This document shows positions 6,948 through 16,977 of a DNA stretch of 55,130 nt, in pieces. The notes beneath the pieces are model-generated. The model saw only the letters and a program-made list of their open reading frames with translations. It was not told where the DNA came from and did no database searches. The stretch lies in NCBI GenBank assembly GCA_031372765.1, contig JANMLW010000064.1, forward strand, positions 1 to 55,130, in the 5' to 3' direction. The stretch is from Hyphomicrobiales bacterium. Its GTDB lineage: Bacteria > Pseudomonadota > Alphaproteobacteria > Rhizobiales > Beijerinckiaceae. How positions within the stretch are numbered: position 1 is the stretch's first letter; each line of letters begins with the position of its first letter. A program made the position numbers and the translations under genes.

Positions 6948-8477
6948 ATGTATTCAAAGATTGCGGAACATAACACAGCGACCATCGCCTTTGAGCAATC
7001 AGCTACGGGAGATGTGCAGGCTGCCGAGAACGGCAGCATCGGGAGCATCAATGATCTGGCGGGGGTATGGGGGCGTATTCGCCAGAGATTGCGGGCCGAA
7101 CTGGGCGAGGATGTTTTCAACAGCTGGTTCACTCGGATCGAACTGATCGATTTTGCCGATGAATGTGCGCACCTGAGCGTGCCAACCAAATTCCTCAAGA
7201 GCTGGATCAATGCGCACTACCGTGACAGGTTGCAGCGGTTGTTTGTCGAGCATGAATGCGGTGTGTCCGATGTCGTGCTGGTGGTACGCGTGGCGGGCCA
7301 GCGTACGGTTGTCCAGAAATCCCTGAAAGCAGCTCCGCTGGACAATGGTGCACGCCAGTGCGAACAGAATCGCGATATTCCATTCGTGCCACCCAGTGCG
7401 GGTACAGGCGGTGGTGGCAAGGATGGTGAGGGTCTGGTCGGTTCGCCGCTTGACCGCCGCCTGACCTTCCAGAGTTTTGTCGTTGGACAATCAAACGCTT
7501 TCGCCTTTGCCGCGGTTCAGCAGATTGGCCGCGCGCAGCCCGGCGAAAAACCGATCTACAACCCGCTGTTCCTGCATGCTGCTGTCGGTCTTGGCAAAAC
7601 CCATCTCTGCCAGTCCCTGGCGCAATCACTTGAGGCTTCCGGTCGCCGTATCGTCTATCTCACGGCGGAAAAGTTCATGTATGGCTTTGTGGCGGCCCTG
7701 AAGGCCCAAACAGCGATCGCTTTCAAGGAAAGACTGCGGGCCATCGATGTTCTGGTCATTGATGATGTGCAGTTCCTGACCGGTAAAGCCATCCAGCAGG
7801 AATTTTGCCACACGCTTAATGCCCTGATCGATGCCGGAAAACAGGTCATTGTTGCCGCTGACCGTGCGCCTTGCGATCTTGAGACGATCGAGGACAGGAT
7901 GCGCTCACGCCTGCAAGCGGGTCTGGTGGTCGAAATGGGCGCATTGGATGAAGAGTTGCGCGTCAAGATTCTGGAATCGCGTATTGCGGCTGCCCGCTCC
8001 CATCTTCCGACCTTCGAGGTGCGCCCGGAAGTCGTTATCTGGCTGGCACGGCAGTTGACAGCCAATGGTCGTGATCTGGAAGGGGCCGTAAACCGCATGT
8101 TGGCCCATGCCACCCTGTCAGGCGTGCCGCTGGATCTGCCGACAGCCGAGAGCGCCATCAAGGATCTGATTCGCACCCGTGAGCCCAAGAAGGTGAAGAT
8201 CGAGGATATTCAGCGGCTGGTTGCCAACCATTATAATGTCAGCAAATCCGATATCCTGTCATCGCGCCGGACAGCTACGGTGGTTCGTCCGCGGCAAATC
8301 GCTATGTATCTGTCCAAAGCCTTGACCCTGCGCTCATTGCCAGAAATCGGGCGGCGTTTTGGCGGGCGTGATCATACGACAGTCCTGCATGCCGTGCGCA
8401 AGATCGAAAGCCTGACAGGGGCAGATGTTGGCCTTGCCGGGGAAATCGATCTTCTGAAGCGCATGCTGCAAGAGTAG
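6948..8477 (+). CDS. dnaA: Chromosomal replication initiator protein DnaA
   Basis: Carries the Walker A motif NPLFLHAAVGLGKTHL, the AAA+ core, and the C-terminal DNA-binding helix (RQIAMYL...GGRDHTTVLHA). The start could be the TTG at 6912 or the ATG at 6948. Confidence 0.95.
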   Translation: MYSKIAEHNTATIAFEQSATGDVQAAENGSIGSINDLAGVWGRIRQRLRAELGEDVFNSWFTRIELIDFADECAHLSVPTKFLKSWINAHYRDRLQRLFVEHECGVSDVVLVVRVAGQRTVVQKSLKAAPLDNGARQCEQNRDIPFVPPSAGTGGGGKDGEGLVGSPLDRRLTFQSFVVGQSNAFAFAAVQQIGRAQPGEKPIYNPLFLHAAVGLGKTHLCQSLAQSLEASGRRIVYLTAEKFMYGFVAALKAQTAIAFKERLRAIDVLVIDDVQFLTGKAIQQEFCHTLNALIDAGKQVIVAADRAPCDLETIEDRMRSRLQAGLVVEMGALDEELRVKILESRIAAARSHLPTFEVRPEVVIWLARQLTANGRDLEGAVNRMLAHATLSGVPLDLPTAESAIKDLIRTREPKKVKIEDIQRLVANHYNVSKSDILSSRRTATVVRPRQIAMYLSKALTLRSLPEIGRRFGGRDHTTVLHAVRKIESLTGADVGLAGEIDLLKRMLQE

Positions 8478-8514
8478 TATGCCTATACTAACGGTTTGTT
8501 CCCGCTTCGTTCAA

Positions 8515-8544
8515 GTCTCGCCGTGCGCGAGGCTTTTTCTTTTG
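8515..8544 (+). terminator. Putative intrinsic terminator after dnaA
   Basis: A CTCGC/GCGAG stem with a 5-nt loop is followed by CTTTTTCTTTT. The stem is short. Confidence 0.45.
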
Positions 8545-8636
8545 GTTAACCACTTCCTCACTGACTCCCGGCAACTGTAGTGTGGGGTGATTCGGGATTT
8601 GTTTGAAATCGCGTCCCACAATTTGAGGTTGACGGC

Positions 8637-11159
8637 ATGGCCATAAAGGCCAGCAGTTCTGGACTGTTGAATCCGCGTGCAGTGCTGCACGCCGGAAACG
8701 GCTTCTTGACGTCAGCATGTCTCTCCACGACCGTATCTGCTCAGGACAATGGACTGCGCTTGTCCATGCTGACACGCGAGAGTGGTGCACCCATCATCAT
8801 GGACATGACAGGACCTCTTGGCCTCATTTTTGTCGGGCTTGTCATTCTCACCACCACCACGGCCGTCCTGCATATTGTGGGGCGCCAACGATGGTCCAGA
8901 CGGTTGGCCGCGCAAAACGAGGAAATAGGGGCTTTGCAGGCCAAGGTGCAGCAGGCTGATATTTTCATGTCGGGAGAGCGGCATGTCGTGGTTGCCTGGG
9001 GCAATGCTTCGGGGGAACCGGACATCGAGGGTGATGTCGGCCTCATTCTGGGGGCAGGCGCGCCACGCCGCATTCTTGGTTTCAGCCAGTGGCTTCAAGC
9101 GGTGGATGCGAGAAAGCTCGATGGAGCGGTCGAGAAACTCAAACTGCGGGGCGAAGGCTTCACATTGGCCTTCGACGGCACCGCAGGCAAGCGGCTTGAG
9201 ATTGACGGGCGGGCCGTCTCGGGCAGGGCGGTCATGCGTGTACGCGAGGTTTCCGGCGACCGGCTGGAAAAGCTGAAGGCTGAGGAAAGCTATGGTCGGC
9301 TTGCGGGCGAAATGGCCGCATTGCATGCTGTTCTGGACGCTGTACCGCAACCTATGTGGCTGCGTTATCCTGACGGTCGGTTGGCTTGGGTCAATCGTTC
9401 TTTCGCTGAAGCTGTTGATTGCAGGCACCCGAACGAGGTGATCAGCAAAGGCATGGAGCTGGTCGATCGCCCCCAGCGCGAAAAGATTGCTGCCGCCAAC
9501 AAGGACGGGCCCTTCAAGGGGCGCTTCGCGGCCATCGTCTCGGGCAAGCGCACAGTCGTGGATGTCTGTGATGTCACCACGCCCTTCGGTTCGGGTGGCA
9601 TTGCCAATGATGCTTCTGAAATCGATCTCCTGCGTATCCAGATCGAGGCTGAAATGGCCACCCACGTGCGCACATTGAACGAGCTGCCCATTGCGGTCGC
9701 CATCTTTGACCGCAAGAAGCACTTGCGCTTCAATAATGCAGCCTTCCAGAAACTCTGGGGACTGGATGCCGCATTCCTGAAAACGCTCCCCGGGGATGGC
9801 GAGATTCTTGATCATCTCAGGGCAGAACGGCGCATACAGGAGCAGTCTGATTTCAAGGACTGGAAGCAGTCAATGCTCGACGGCTATCAGAAATCCGAAA
9901 CTGCCGAACACCTCTGGCATCTGCCTGACGGGCGGATGTTGCGCGTTGTTGCCAGCCCTACGCCCGATGGGGGCATCAACTATGTTTACGACGACATGAC
10001 AGAACGCATGACACTGGAGGCTCAGTTCAAGGCGCTCTCCCGGGTGCAAAACGAGACGCTCGACAGCTTGAAGGAAGGTGTTGCCGTGTTTGGCTCCGAC
10101 GGACGCCTCAAACTGGCGAACGTGGCTTTTTCCACCATCTGGCGTCTGCATGCTGAAGCGCTACAGGATAGCCCGCATATCGACGAGGTCATCCGCCGCT
10201 GCCCCCTGGCGGCCGAGAGCAAGACATGGATCGCCCTGAGCGCAGCGATAACGGGCCTGACCGACTCGCGGCTTGGCCTGAAGCTGCGTGATATCCGTCC
10301 GGATAATTCGGTCGTTGACTGCGCCACCGCGCCTCTGCCTGATGGCGCGACGCTGATAACATTCGCGGATGTCACGGCCAATGTGAACGCTGAACTTTTC
10401 CTGCAGGAGCGCAACGAGGCGCTTGAAACTGCGGCGCGCATGAAGAATGAATTCATCAAGAATGTATCCTATGAGCTTCGCACGCCGCTACAGAATGTGA
10501 CCATGGCCACGGGCATGCTGGCGGATGAAACGGTTGGACTTCTGACCCAAAAACAGAAGGAATATGCGGAAGCTGCACAAAAATCGGCTGACGCACTTCT
10601 TTCCTTGATGAACGATATTTTCGATTTGGCCTCGCTTGATGCAGGCACGCTTGAACTGTCCAGCGACACCGTGTCACCGATTGATGAGATTGAATCTGTC
10701 TCGGCAACACTTGCCGACAGGCTGGCGAAGGCCAAGGTTGCGCTCAGGCAGGATATTGCGGCTGATGCTGGCTGCTTCGAGGGTGATGCGCTGCGTATCC
10801 GACAGGTACTGTATCATCTCGTGGCCAATGCCATCGGGTTTTCAACGGAAGGACAGACAATTGTCGTGTCCGCCCGTCGCGACCAGCAGCACATGATCCT
10901 GTCTGTCTCGGATCAGGGGCGTGGCATACCCGAGGAAGCGCTTGGCCGCGTTTTCGAGCGTTTTGAAAGCAACACCAATGGCTCAAATCATCGCGGTGTT
11001 GGTCTTGGCCTGTCCATGGTCAAGGCTTTCGTTGCGCTGCACCAAGGTCAGCTTGATCTCAAATCAGCACCGGGTGAAGGCACGACGGTTATCTGTCGCT
11101 TCCCCTTGATCACCCTACCCAGAGGCAGCACTCCGTCTGAACAACAGAAAGTAGCCTGA
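8637..11159 (+). CDS. divL: DivL-type PAS-domain kinase homologue (Tyr replaces the phospho-accepting His)
   Basis: The H-box reads NVSYELRTPL, with a TAT codon at 10470-10472. The N, G1, F and G2 boxes are intact (LVANAIGFS, DQGRGIP, FERF, GVGLGLSMV). The protein has an N-terminal TM helix and PAS-like repeats. The start is uncertain (8637, 8766 or 8799). Confidence 0.8.
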   Translation: MAIKASSSGLLNPRAVLHAGNGFLTSACLSTTVSAQDNGLRLSMLTRESGAPIIMDMTGPLGLIFVGLVILTTTTAVLHIVGRQRWSRRLAAQNEEIGALQAKVQQADIFMSGERHVVVAWGNASGEPDIEGDVGLILGAGAPRRILGFSQWLQAVDARKLDGAVEKLKLRGEGFTLAFDGTAGKRLEIDGRAVSGRAVMRVREVSGDRLEKLKAEESYGRLAGEMAALHAVLDAVPQPMWLRYPDGRLAWVNRSFAEAVDCRHPNEVISKGMELVDRPQREKIAAANKDGPFKGRFAAIVSGKRTVVDVCDVTTPFGSGGIANDASEIDLLRIQIEAEMATHVRTLNELPIAVAIFDRKKHLRFNNAAFQKLWGLDAAFLKTLPGDGEILDHLRAERRIQEQSDFKDWKQSMLDGYQKSETAEHLWHLPDGRMLRVVASPTPDGGINYVYDDMTERMTLEAQFKALSRVQNETLDSLKEGVAVFGSDGRLKLANVAFSTIWRLHAEALQDSPHIDEVIRRCPLAAESKTWIALSAAITGLTDSRLGLKLRDIRPDNSVVDCATAPLPDGATLITFADVTANVNAELFLQERNEALETAARMKNEFIKNVSYELRTPLQNVTMATGMLADETVGLLTQKQKEYAEAAQKSADALLSLMNDIFDLASLDAGTLELSSDTVSPIDEIESVSATLADRLAKAKVALRQDIAADAGCFEGDALRIRQVLYHLVANAIGFSTEGQTIVVSARRDQQHMILSVSDQGRGIPEEALGRVFERFESNTNGSNHRGVGLGLSMVKAFVALHQGQLDLKSAPGEGTTVICRFPLITLPRGSTPSEQQKVA

Positions 11160-11164
11160 CTGTC

Positions 11165-12718
11165 ATGAGTGCCGGAAGATCATCCGCTGAAACGACCTGG
11201 GTTATTGATCTGCCCGATGTCCAGAGTACGGAGCGCTTTGCGCGTGAGCTGTCGCTGGAGCTTGAACAGGATACACTGCTGACCCTCACGGGTGACCTGG
11301 GCTCCGGCAAGACGACTTTCGCCCGCGCACTCATCCGCGCCCTTGCTGGACAACCCGAACTCGAGGTTCCAAGCCCGACATTCACCTTGATGCAGGTCTA
11401 CGAGACACCGCGCTTTCCGGTTGTCCATTGTGATCTTTACCGGGTGGCCTCCGCCGAAGAACTGGTGGAGCTGGGGTGGGATGAGGCATCCGAGGGCGCC
11501 CTCGTCATCGTTGAATGGGCTGACCGCGCCGGCGACGCCCTGAGCCGGGACAGGATTGATGTCGGCTTCATTCTGGAGCCGGAAGAAGGCCCTGAACACC
11601 GGGTTGCTGTTGTCACCGGTTATGGCAATTGGGCGCAACGTGTAGGCACCATGAAAGCCATCGAAAAACTGCTGACACAGGCCGAATGGCGGGACGCAGT
11701 ACGCACCTTCATGCTGGGCGATGCGTCAGTCCGCGCCTATGAACGGTTGCAACGGGATGACGAAACCGCAATCCTGATGATCTCGCCGCCTCGCCCTGAT
11801 GGACCTCCTGTCCGCTACGGAAAACCCTATAGCGCCATCGCAAAACTGGCTGAGGACGTGAAGCCTTTCGTCGCAATAGCCAATGGCCTGCTGGCCCAGG
11901 GCTTCAGCGCACCACGCATCAAAGCCATGGACCTCAAGGCCGGCCTCCTGATCACGGAGGATCTTGGCCATGAAACCGTGCTCATTGATGGCAAACCTGA
12001 TGCGGAGCGTTATGCGGCCTGTATCGAGGTTCTGGCCCGTCTGCACGGGCTGGATCTTCCTGACAGGTTGCCCGTTACGGCTGATATTGAATACCGGATA
12101 CCGCCTTATGATCTCGATGCACTGCTGATCGAGGTGGAACTGATGCTGGACTGGTATCTGCCGTATCGTGGCAAAAGCGGTCTTTCGGCATCAGCCCGCG
12201 GTACGTTTGTCAACCAGTGGAAGGCCATCCTGTCAGAAGTGACGATGGCACCGCGCACCTGGGTTTTGCGGGACTTCCACTCGCCTAACCTGATGTGGCT
12301 GCCGGAGCGCGAAGGCGTGCAACGTGTCGGCCTGATTGATTTTCAGGACGCCGTGATGGGGCACCCGGCCTATGATGTCGCCAGCCTGGCACAGGATGCC
12401 CGTGTTGATATCGATCATGCTCTGGAAATGCGGTTGCTTGGCCACTACGCGCGGTTGCGGCGTGATAATGATCCATCGTTCAACATGGCAACATTTGCCC
12501 GCGATTACGCCGTCACGGCGGCACAGAGAGCGACAAAAATTCTGGGAATCTTCGCCCGTCTCAATCAGCGCGATGGCAAGCCCGGCTATCTCAAACACTT
12601 GCCGCGCATCGAGGCTTACGTCTGCAAGAGCCTGAATCACCCCGCTTTGGGAGAGATCAAGGCCTGGTATCAGGCTTATGTGCCAGGACTTATCCCTGAC
12701 GAGATGTCAGAGGGCTAG
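11165..12718 (+). CDS. tsaE: Fusion protein: tRNA t6A ATPase TsaE (N-terminal) plus an APH/AmgK-like phosphotransferase (C-terminal)
   Basis: TsaE motifs are GDLGSGKTTFARAL, SPTFTL and HCDLYRV. Kinase motifs are LRDFHSPNLMW and IDFQDA. Confidence 0.85.
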   Translation: MSAGRSSAETTWVIDLPDVQSTERFARELSLELEQDTLLTLTGDLGSGKTTFARALIRALAGQPELEVPSPTFTLMQVYETPRFPVVHCDLYRVASAEELVELGWDEASEGALVIVEWADRAGDALSRDRIDVGFILEPEEGPEHRVAVVTGYGNWAQRVGTMKAIEKLLTQAEWRDAVRTFMLGDASVRAYERLQRDDETAILMISPPRPDGPPVRYGKPYSAIAKLAEDVKPFVAIANGLLAQGFSAPRIKAMDLKAGLLITEDLGHETVLIDGKPDAERYAACIEVLARLHGLDLPDRLPVTADIEYRIPPYDLDALLIEVELMLDWYLPYRGKSGLSASARGTFVNQWKAILSEVTMAPRTWVLRDFHSPNLMWLPEREGVQRVGLIDFQDAVMGHPAYDVASLAQDARVDIDHALEMRLLGHYARLRRDNDPSFNMATFARDYAVTAAQRATKILGIFARLNQRDGKPGYLKHLPRIEAYVCKSLNHPALGEIKAWYQAYVPGLIPDEMSEG

Positions 12719-12741
12719 CTTTCATTCTGCCGCTGAATCTA

Positions 12742-13572
12742 CTACTGATCAAGAAAAGCAGGAACGCGGATCAAGGCGTCATCACGTGCAGTCGGGTCTG
12801 TTCCCACCATCGCCTCACCGCTGTCATCGGAGGTAAAGGCCAGTCCTGTCCGCTTTGTCAGTTTGCGGTTGGGATGATCAAACTCATGCAGGGCATTCTC
12901 GTAGGTGATGATGGAGGCCTTGCGACCCTGTCCTACCGCAGTGGCAACGAGTTGCTTGCACGGTGCTGACTGCGTCCAGGTATCTGCCTCGCCGATCAGG
13001 ATCAACAATGGAATACGGTTTTCCCAGTCACGCCTTTCAGCAGACTGTGCCAGCAGGCGACAGCCGGGGTAAAAAGCGATGGCCGAGCGAAAGTCAGGCA
13101 GGCCATCCTTCGGCTTTTTCTCGGTGGCTACAGACCACAGAACACTCGATCCACCATTGGACCATCCCAGAAGGGAAACCCGGTCCGGCTTTACATCGGC
13201 CTGCTGCTGAAGCCAGCTTTTCGCAGCGATGGCATCCGCCACGCGTTCCCTTGCAGGACGGACGGTGCGATCCTTGACCAGACACTGGGAACCCAATCCG
13301 CGTGATCCATAGGAATCAGGAAAAATGACCAGATACCCTTTGGATGCCAGTATCTTGCCCCAGTCGGCATGGCGTGCACTGGGCTGGCCATTGCTGCCAA
13401 CCAGTCCGCCACATCCATGCAAGGCCACAACGGCAGGAAACGGGCCTGCTCCGGCTGGGCGATAAACCGCTGCCGACAAAGGCTTGCCATCCGCCATAGG
13501 TAATTCAACCCGTTCCTGTGCGGGGGCGACAGTGAAAAATCCCGAAAAAACCAGGAACCAGAGGTATCGCAT
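12742..13572 (-). CDS. Secreted dienelactone hydrolase family protein
   Basis: Has a signal peptide (MRYLWFLVFSGFFTVAPAQE), the sequence HGCGG, and the nucleophile elbow GWSNGG. Confidence 0.85.
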   Translation of the reverse strand: MRYLWFLVFSGFFTVAPAQERVELPMADGKPLSAAVYRPAGAGPFPAVVALHGCGGLVGSNGQPSARHADWGKILASKGYLVIFPDSYGSRGLGSQCLVKDRTVRPARERVADAIAAKSWLQQQADVKPDRVSLLGWSNGGSSVLWSVATEKKPKDGLPDFRSAIAFYPGCRLLAQSAERRDWENRIPLLILIGEADTWTQSAPCKQLVATAVGQGRKASIITYENALHEFDHPNRKLTKRTGLAFTSDDSGEAMVGTDPTARDDALIRVPAFLDQ

Positions 13573-13657
13573 GCGGCTCTTTTACATCTCAGTTGATTTC
13601 ATCATATAGAAATGCTGGAAACGTGCAAATCACCCTTGAAAATGTTAGTCCGATGGC

Positions 13658-13891
13658 ATGAACAAGATCGATCACACTTTCGCAGCCGGGCCCGAGGCAT
13701 CGCTGCGTTATCTTCATGGCGAATACAAGATCGTTCGGGAAGGGACTTACGTGCGCTGTGCCGTGACAGCGACACCCATTGCACTGGAAGACTTGAAATA
13801 CTGGAACGTGGACCGGCAGGAGGCCTATTCAACGCCAGAAGCCATTTTGCGGCGGTTACGCGAGGTCAAGGCGCCAAGTGTGACGTTTTGA
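13658..13891 (+). CDS. Small conserved protein, DUF2093-like
   Basis: The pattern LRYLHGEYKIVREGTYVRCAVTATPIALEDLKYWNVDRQEAY resembles the DUF2093 family as I remember it. It overlaps the lpxK 3' end by 26 nt in convergent orientation. Confidence 0.6.
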   Translation: MNKIDHTFAAGPEASLRYLHGEYKIVREGTYVRCAVTATPIALEDLKYWNVDRQEAYSTPEAILRRLREVKAPSVTF

Positions 13892-14879
13892 GCTGAACCC
13901 GATTTTCCCCCATATGTTTTTGAAGAAGTTCTTTGATCATCGCCCTATCGGTCTCAAGCGAAACTGCCAATACGGCGCATTCGGGCAGGTGTGAGCCGAT
14001 CCGGACCGCATCCTTCTGTGTTGTCACCAGAGTAAGGCCGCTTGCTGTAGCCTGACTGGCCAGCCTCTCAAGTTCGGAAGCCCTGAAGACGTGGTGATCA
14101 GCAAAGGTGCGGGTCTCAACCACTTCAAGACCGGCATTACGCAGGGTTGCGAAGAATTTTTCGGGTCGCCCTATGCCTGCAAAAGCCAGAAGCTGCTTAC
14201 CGGCAAGGGCCATGACATCGGTTTCATCCGGCACGAGTCTTGCCGCAATCAATGCCTTGCCTTGTGATTCCACGACAGCCGAAATCCATCCGTCAACCGC
14301 GCCATCCCCTGTGACAATAACAACATCAACATAACCCAGCTGGTTCAGAAGGGGCGCACGCAATGGTCCGGCTGGTACGCAAAATCCGTTGCCGATTCCG
14401 ACTGCGCCGTCCATCACACAGATGGTCAGATCCTTCTTCAGGGCTGCATTTTGCAGGCCGTCATCCAGCACGACCACGGTGGCACCGGCGGCAAGCGCAA
14501 ACCTTGCCCCTGAAACCTTGTCTTTCGCCACAACAGTGGGGGCGTGCCGTGCCAGCAGCAAAGGCTCGTCACCACAGTCGCCTGTGCGATGAACGGCGGG
14601 ATCAACCAGCGTGGGGCCTGCTATCTGCCCACCGTAACCCCGGCTTACGACAAACGGCTTTTCACCCATTTCCTGCAACAGTCTTACGATTGCAATCGTG
14701 GTTGGTGTTTTGCCGGCGCCGCCCGCCGTGAAGTTTCCAACACAGACAACCGGTATCCCAAGTGAAATACTTGGACGCCCCATGCGCCAGCTTGTGACGA
14801 GGCCATAAAGCCAGCCCACCGGCCATAAAAGCCAGGAAAGACAGCCCGCTGGCTGATACCAGAAAGCGGGCGTCTTCAT
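13866..14879 (-). CDS. lpxK: Tetraacyldisaccharide 4'-kinase
   Basis: Carries the P-loop VGNFTAGGAGKTP and is the right length for the family. An ATGA overlap links it to waaA upstream. Confidence 0.92.
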   Translation of the reverse strand: MKTPAFWYQPAGCLSWLLWPVGWLYGLVTSWRMGRPSISLGIPVVCVGNFTAGGAGKTPTTIAIVRLLQEMGEKPFVVSRGYGGQIAGPTLVDPAVHRTGDCGDEPLLLARHAPTVVAKDKVSGARFALAAGATVVVLDDGLQNAALKKDLTICVMDGAVGIGNGFCVPAGPLRAPLLNQLGYVDVVIVTGDGAVDGWISAVVESQGKALIAARLVPDETDVMALAGKQLLAFAGIGRPEKFFATLRNAGLEVVETRTFADHHVFRASELERLASQATASGLTLVTTQKDAVRIGSHLPECAVLAVSLETDRAMIKELLQKHMGENRVQLKTSHLAP

Positions 14880-16183
14880 CCGCCTGAGCCTGCGCTGGAT
14901 TGATCAAGATGCGCCTGCACCAGAAATGGTTCCAGCGCTTCAATCGTGCGTTGGTTTGCACCAGACATCTCCTCTACCTTCTTTGAGGCGGCCAGCGCCA
15001 TGCGCGTAAGCAAGGGTTCATCCCGGATAAGCCGCCCGATCGTCTGGCCAAGCATATCCGCATCCTGCACGGCAAACGCACCATGCGTTGCCGCAAGGGC
15101 GTCATAAACCTCAGTGAAGTTGTGGACATGCGGGCCGTGCAGGATGCCGTTGCCGAGCTTTGCCGGTTCGATGGGGTTCTGTCCGCCACGCGGCACCAGC
15201 GAGCCGCCAAGATAGGCCAGTTTGCTCTGGCGGTAGAACAACCCCAGTTCGCCTATCGTATCGGCAACATAGATGTCCGTATGCACATCGGGCACCGCGC
15301 CCTCCGAGCGACGGGCAACGGATAGCCCGGCCTTGAACACCAGTCCGGCCACCTCCGCACCCCTGTCTGGATGGCGCGGAATGATAATGGTCAGCAATCC
15401 GGGAACAGTTTCCTTTGCAACACGATGCGCCCGTGCGATCAGCTCCTCCTCGCCCGGATGCGTGCTGGCTGCCACAAAAACCGGCCGCCCACGCGTTGCA
15501 GCTGTGATCACCGCCAGTTTGGCCGGATCAGCAGGTGGTGGCGAAACATCGTATTTCAGGTTGCCGATGGTCTGTACGCGTGGCGCACCCAGTGTACGAA
15601 CCCGCTCTCCATCCGCTTCGGTCTGCGCCAGCACTAGTTCGAAGCGTGAAAGCATCGAGGTGATGAAGGACGGAAAGCGCCGCCAGCGGTTGAACGAACG
15701 CTCGGACATGCGGGCATTGACGATGACCAGATGCGTGCCTGCCTTATGCGCAGCATGAATAAGGTTGGGCCATAATTCGGATTCGGCAAAGACGCCGATA
15801 TCCGGTTTCCAGTGTGCCAGAAAGCGTTTCACGTAGATTGGAAGATCAAGCGGAATGAACTGATGGAAAGCTCCATTTGGCAGCCTTCTGGCGGCGACTT
15901 CAGCAGAGGTTACCGTGCCGGATGTGACCATGACATGCACGCCCCTGGAGGTAAAATGTTCGGCAATGGGCAGAAGTGAAATCACTTCGCCAACACTGGC
16001 CCCATGCAACCAGATCAGCGGGCCGTCAGGTCTGGCATGGCTGGCATACCCCTTGCGCTCCGGCAAGCGAACGGCATCCTCCTTGCCTTTTTTGCGTCTG
16101 CTGTTGAGCAGCGGTTGAACCATCGGATACAGCAGATTCGAGACACCGCCGTAGACCCGCATGGAAAAAGGATATCCAGGCAT
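14876..16183 (-). CDS. waaA: 3-deoxy-D-manno-octulosonic acid (Kdo) transferase
   Basis: Carries LIWLHGASVGE near the N-terminus and has the length and architecture of a glycosyltransferase family 30 member. Confidence 0.92.
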   Translation of the reverse strand: MPGYPFSMRVYGGVSNLLYPMVQPLLNSRRKKGKEDAVRLPERKGYASHARPDGPLIWLHGASVGEVISLLPIAEHFTSRGVHVMVTSGTVTSAEVAARRLPNGAFHQFIPLDLPIYVKRFLAHWKPDIGVFAESELWPNLIHAAHKAGTHLVIVNARMSERSFNRWRRFPSFITSMLSRFELVLAQTEADGERVRTLGAPRVQTIGNLKYDVSPPPADPAKLAVITAATRGRPVFVAASTHPGEEELIARAHRVAKETVPGLLTIIIPRHPDRGAEVAGLVFKAGLSVARRSEGAVPDVHTDIYVADTIGELGLFYRQSKLAYLGGSLVPRGGQNPIEPAKLGNGILHGPHVHNFTEVYDALAATHGAFAVQDADMLGQTIGRLIRDEPLLTRMALAASKKVEEMSGANQRTIEALEPFLVQAHLDQSSAGSGG

Positions 16184-16950
16184 CAGACAGCCGCTCCGTC
16201 CCTGTCGGCCAAGGCTGCGGTTGCACGGGCCTGTTCCACCTCTGCCCGCTGCGCACCAGGGTCCTTGCTGCCGACAAGCGTGTAGGCCCTGTCATGCACC
16301 GCATCCAGCGCATCCTGCAACTCCAGACGCTTGGCAGCCAGTTCAGCGGGTTGCAGGTTCGCCGCCACATGGATCGGCTGCCCGAAGACCATGGCACCAC
16401 GACCAAAAGGCAGGCCAATGCTCGTCCGGTCCCAGCTTTTGAGGTCGATTCTTCTGCTGGTGACAACCGCTACGGGCAGGACAGGCCGCCCTGAAAGCTG
16501 CGCCAGAATGATGATGCCCTTGCCAGCGACACGGGAAACCTTCGGCACGTCGGCTGTCATCGACAGGCTGACACCGCTTTTCAACACGGCAAGCGCCTGT
16601 CGCAGTGCCTGCGCTCCACCGCGCTTGCGCACCTGATCCTGCCGTTGTGCACCCGAACCACGCACGGCACTGATGCCGAAGGCTTCAACAGCCACGGCAT
16701 TGATTTCTCCGTCACCATGGCGCGATATCATCACGGCGAAAGGGTCTTCCGGTCTTTTGGCAAAGGGGATCATGAAATGCTGACCATGCCACATGGCAAT
16801 GATCATGGGCAGTTTTTCGTAAACCGCACCTGTCACATCGGCAGGCTCCGTAACGAAACGGTTGGTACGCTGCACAAGCCTGAGGTAACCCGCCATCATG
16901 TGGCCGGCGGAGCGCAGAACGAACTGCGATCTCAGGATTGATTTGAGCAC
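16183..16950 (-). CDS. DUF374 / lysophospholipid acyltransferase-family protein
   Basis: Carries IIAMWHGQHFM and ISRHGDGEINA, and sits in the usual position upstream of waaA. Confidence 0.8.
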   Translation of the reverse strand: MLKSILRSQFVLRSAGHMMAGYLRLVQRTNRFVTEPADVTGAVYEKLPMIIAMWHGQHFMIPFAKRPEDPFAVMISRHGDGEINAVAVEAFGISAVRGSGAQRQDQVRKRGGAQALRQALAVLKSGVSLSMTADVPKVSRVAGKGIIILAQLSGRPVLPVAVVTSRRIDLKSWDRTSIGLPFGRGAMVFGQPIHVAANLQPAELAAKRLELQDALDAVHDRAYTLVGSKDPGAQRAEVEQARATAALADRDGAAV

Positions 16951-16977
16951 GACGCTATTTTTCCACGACGCGTCGCA

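Noticed and set aside
8712-9815. A 367-aa minus-strand ORF opposite divL
   Set aside because: It is antisense to a gene with clear PAS and kinase motifs and has no recognisable features of its own.
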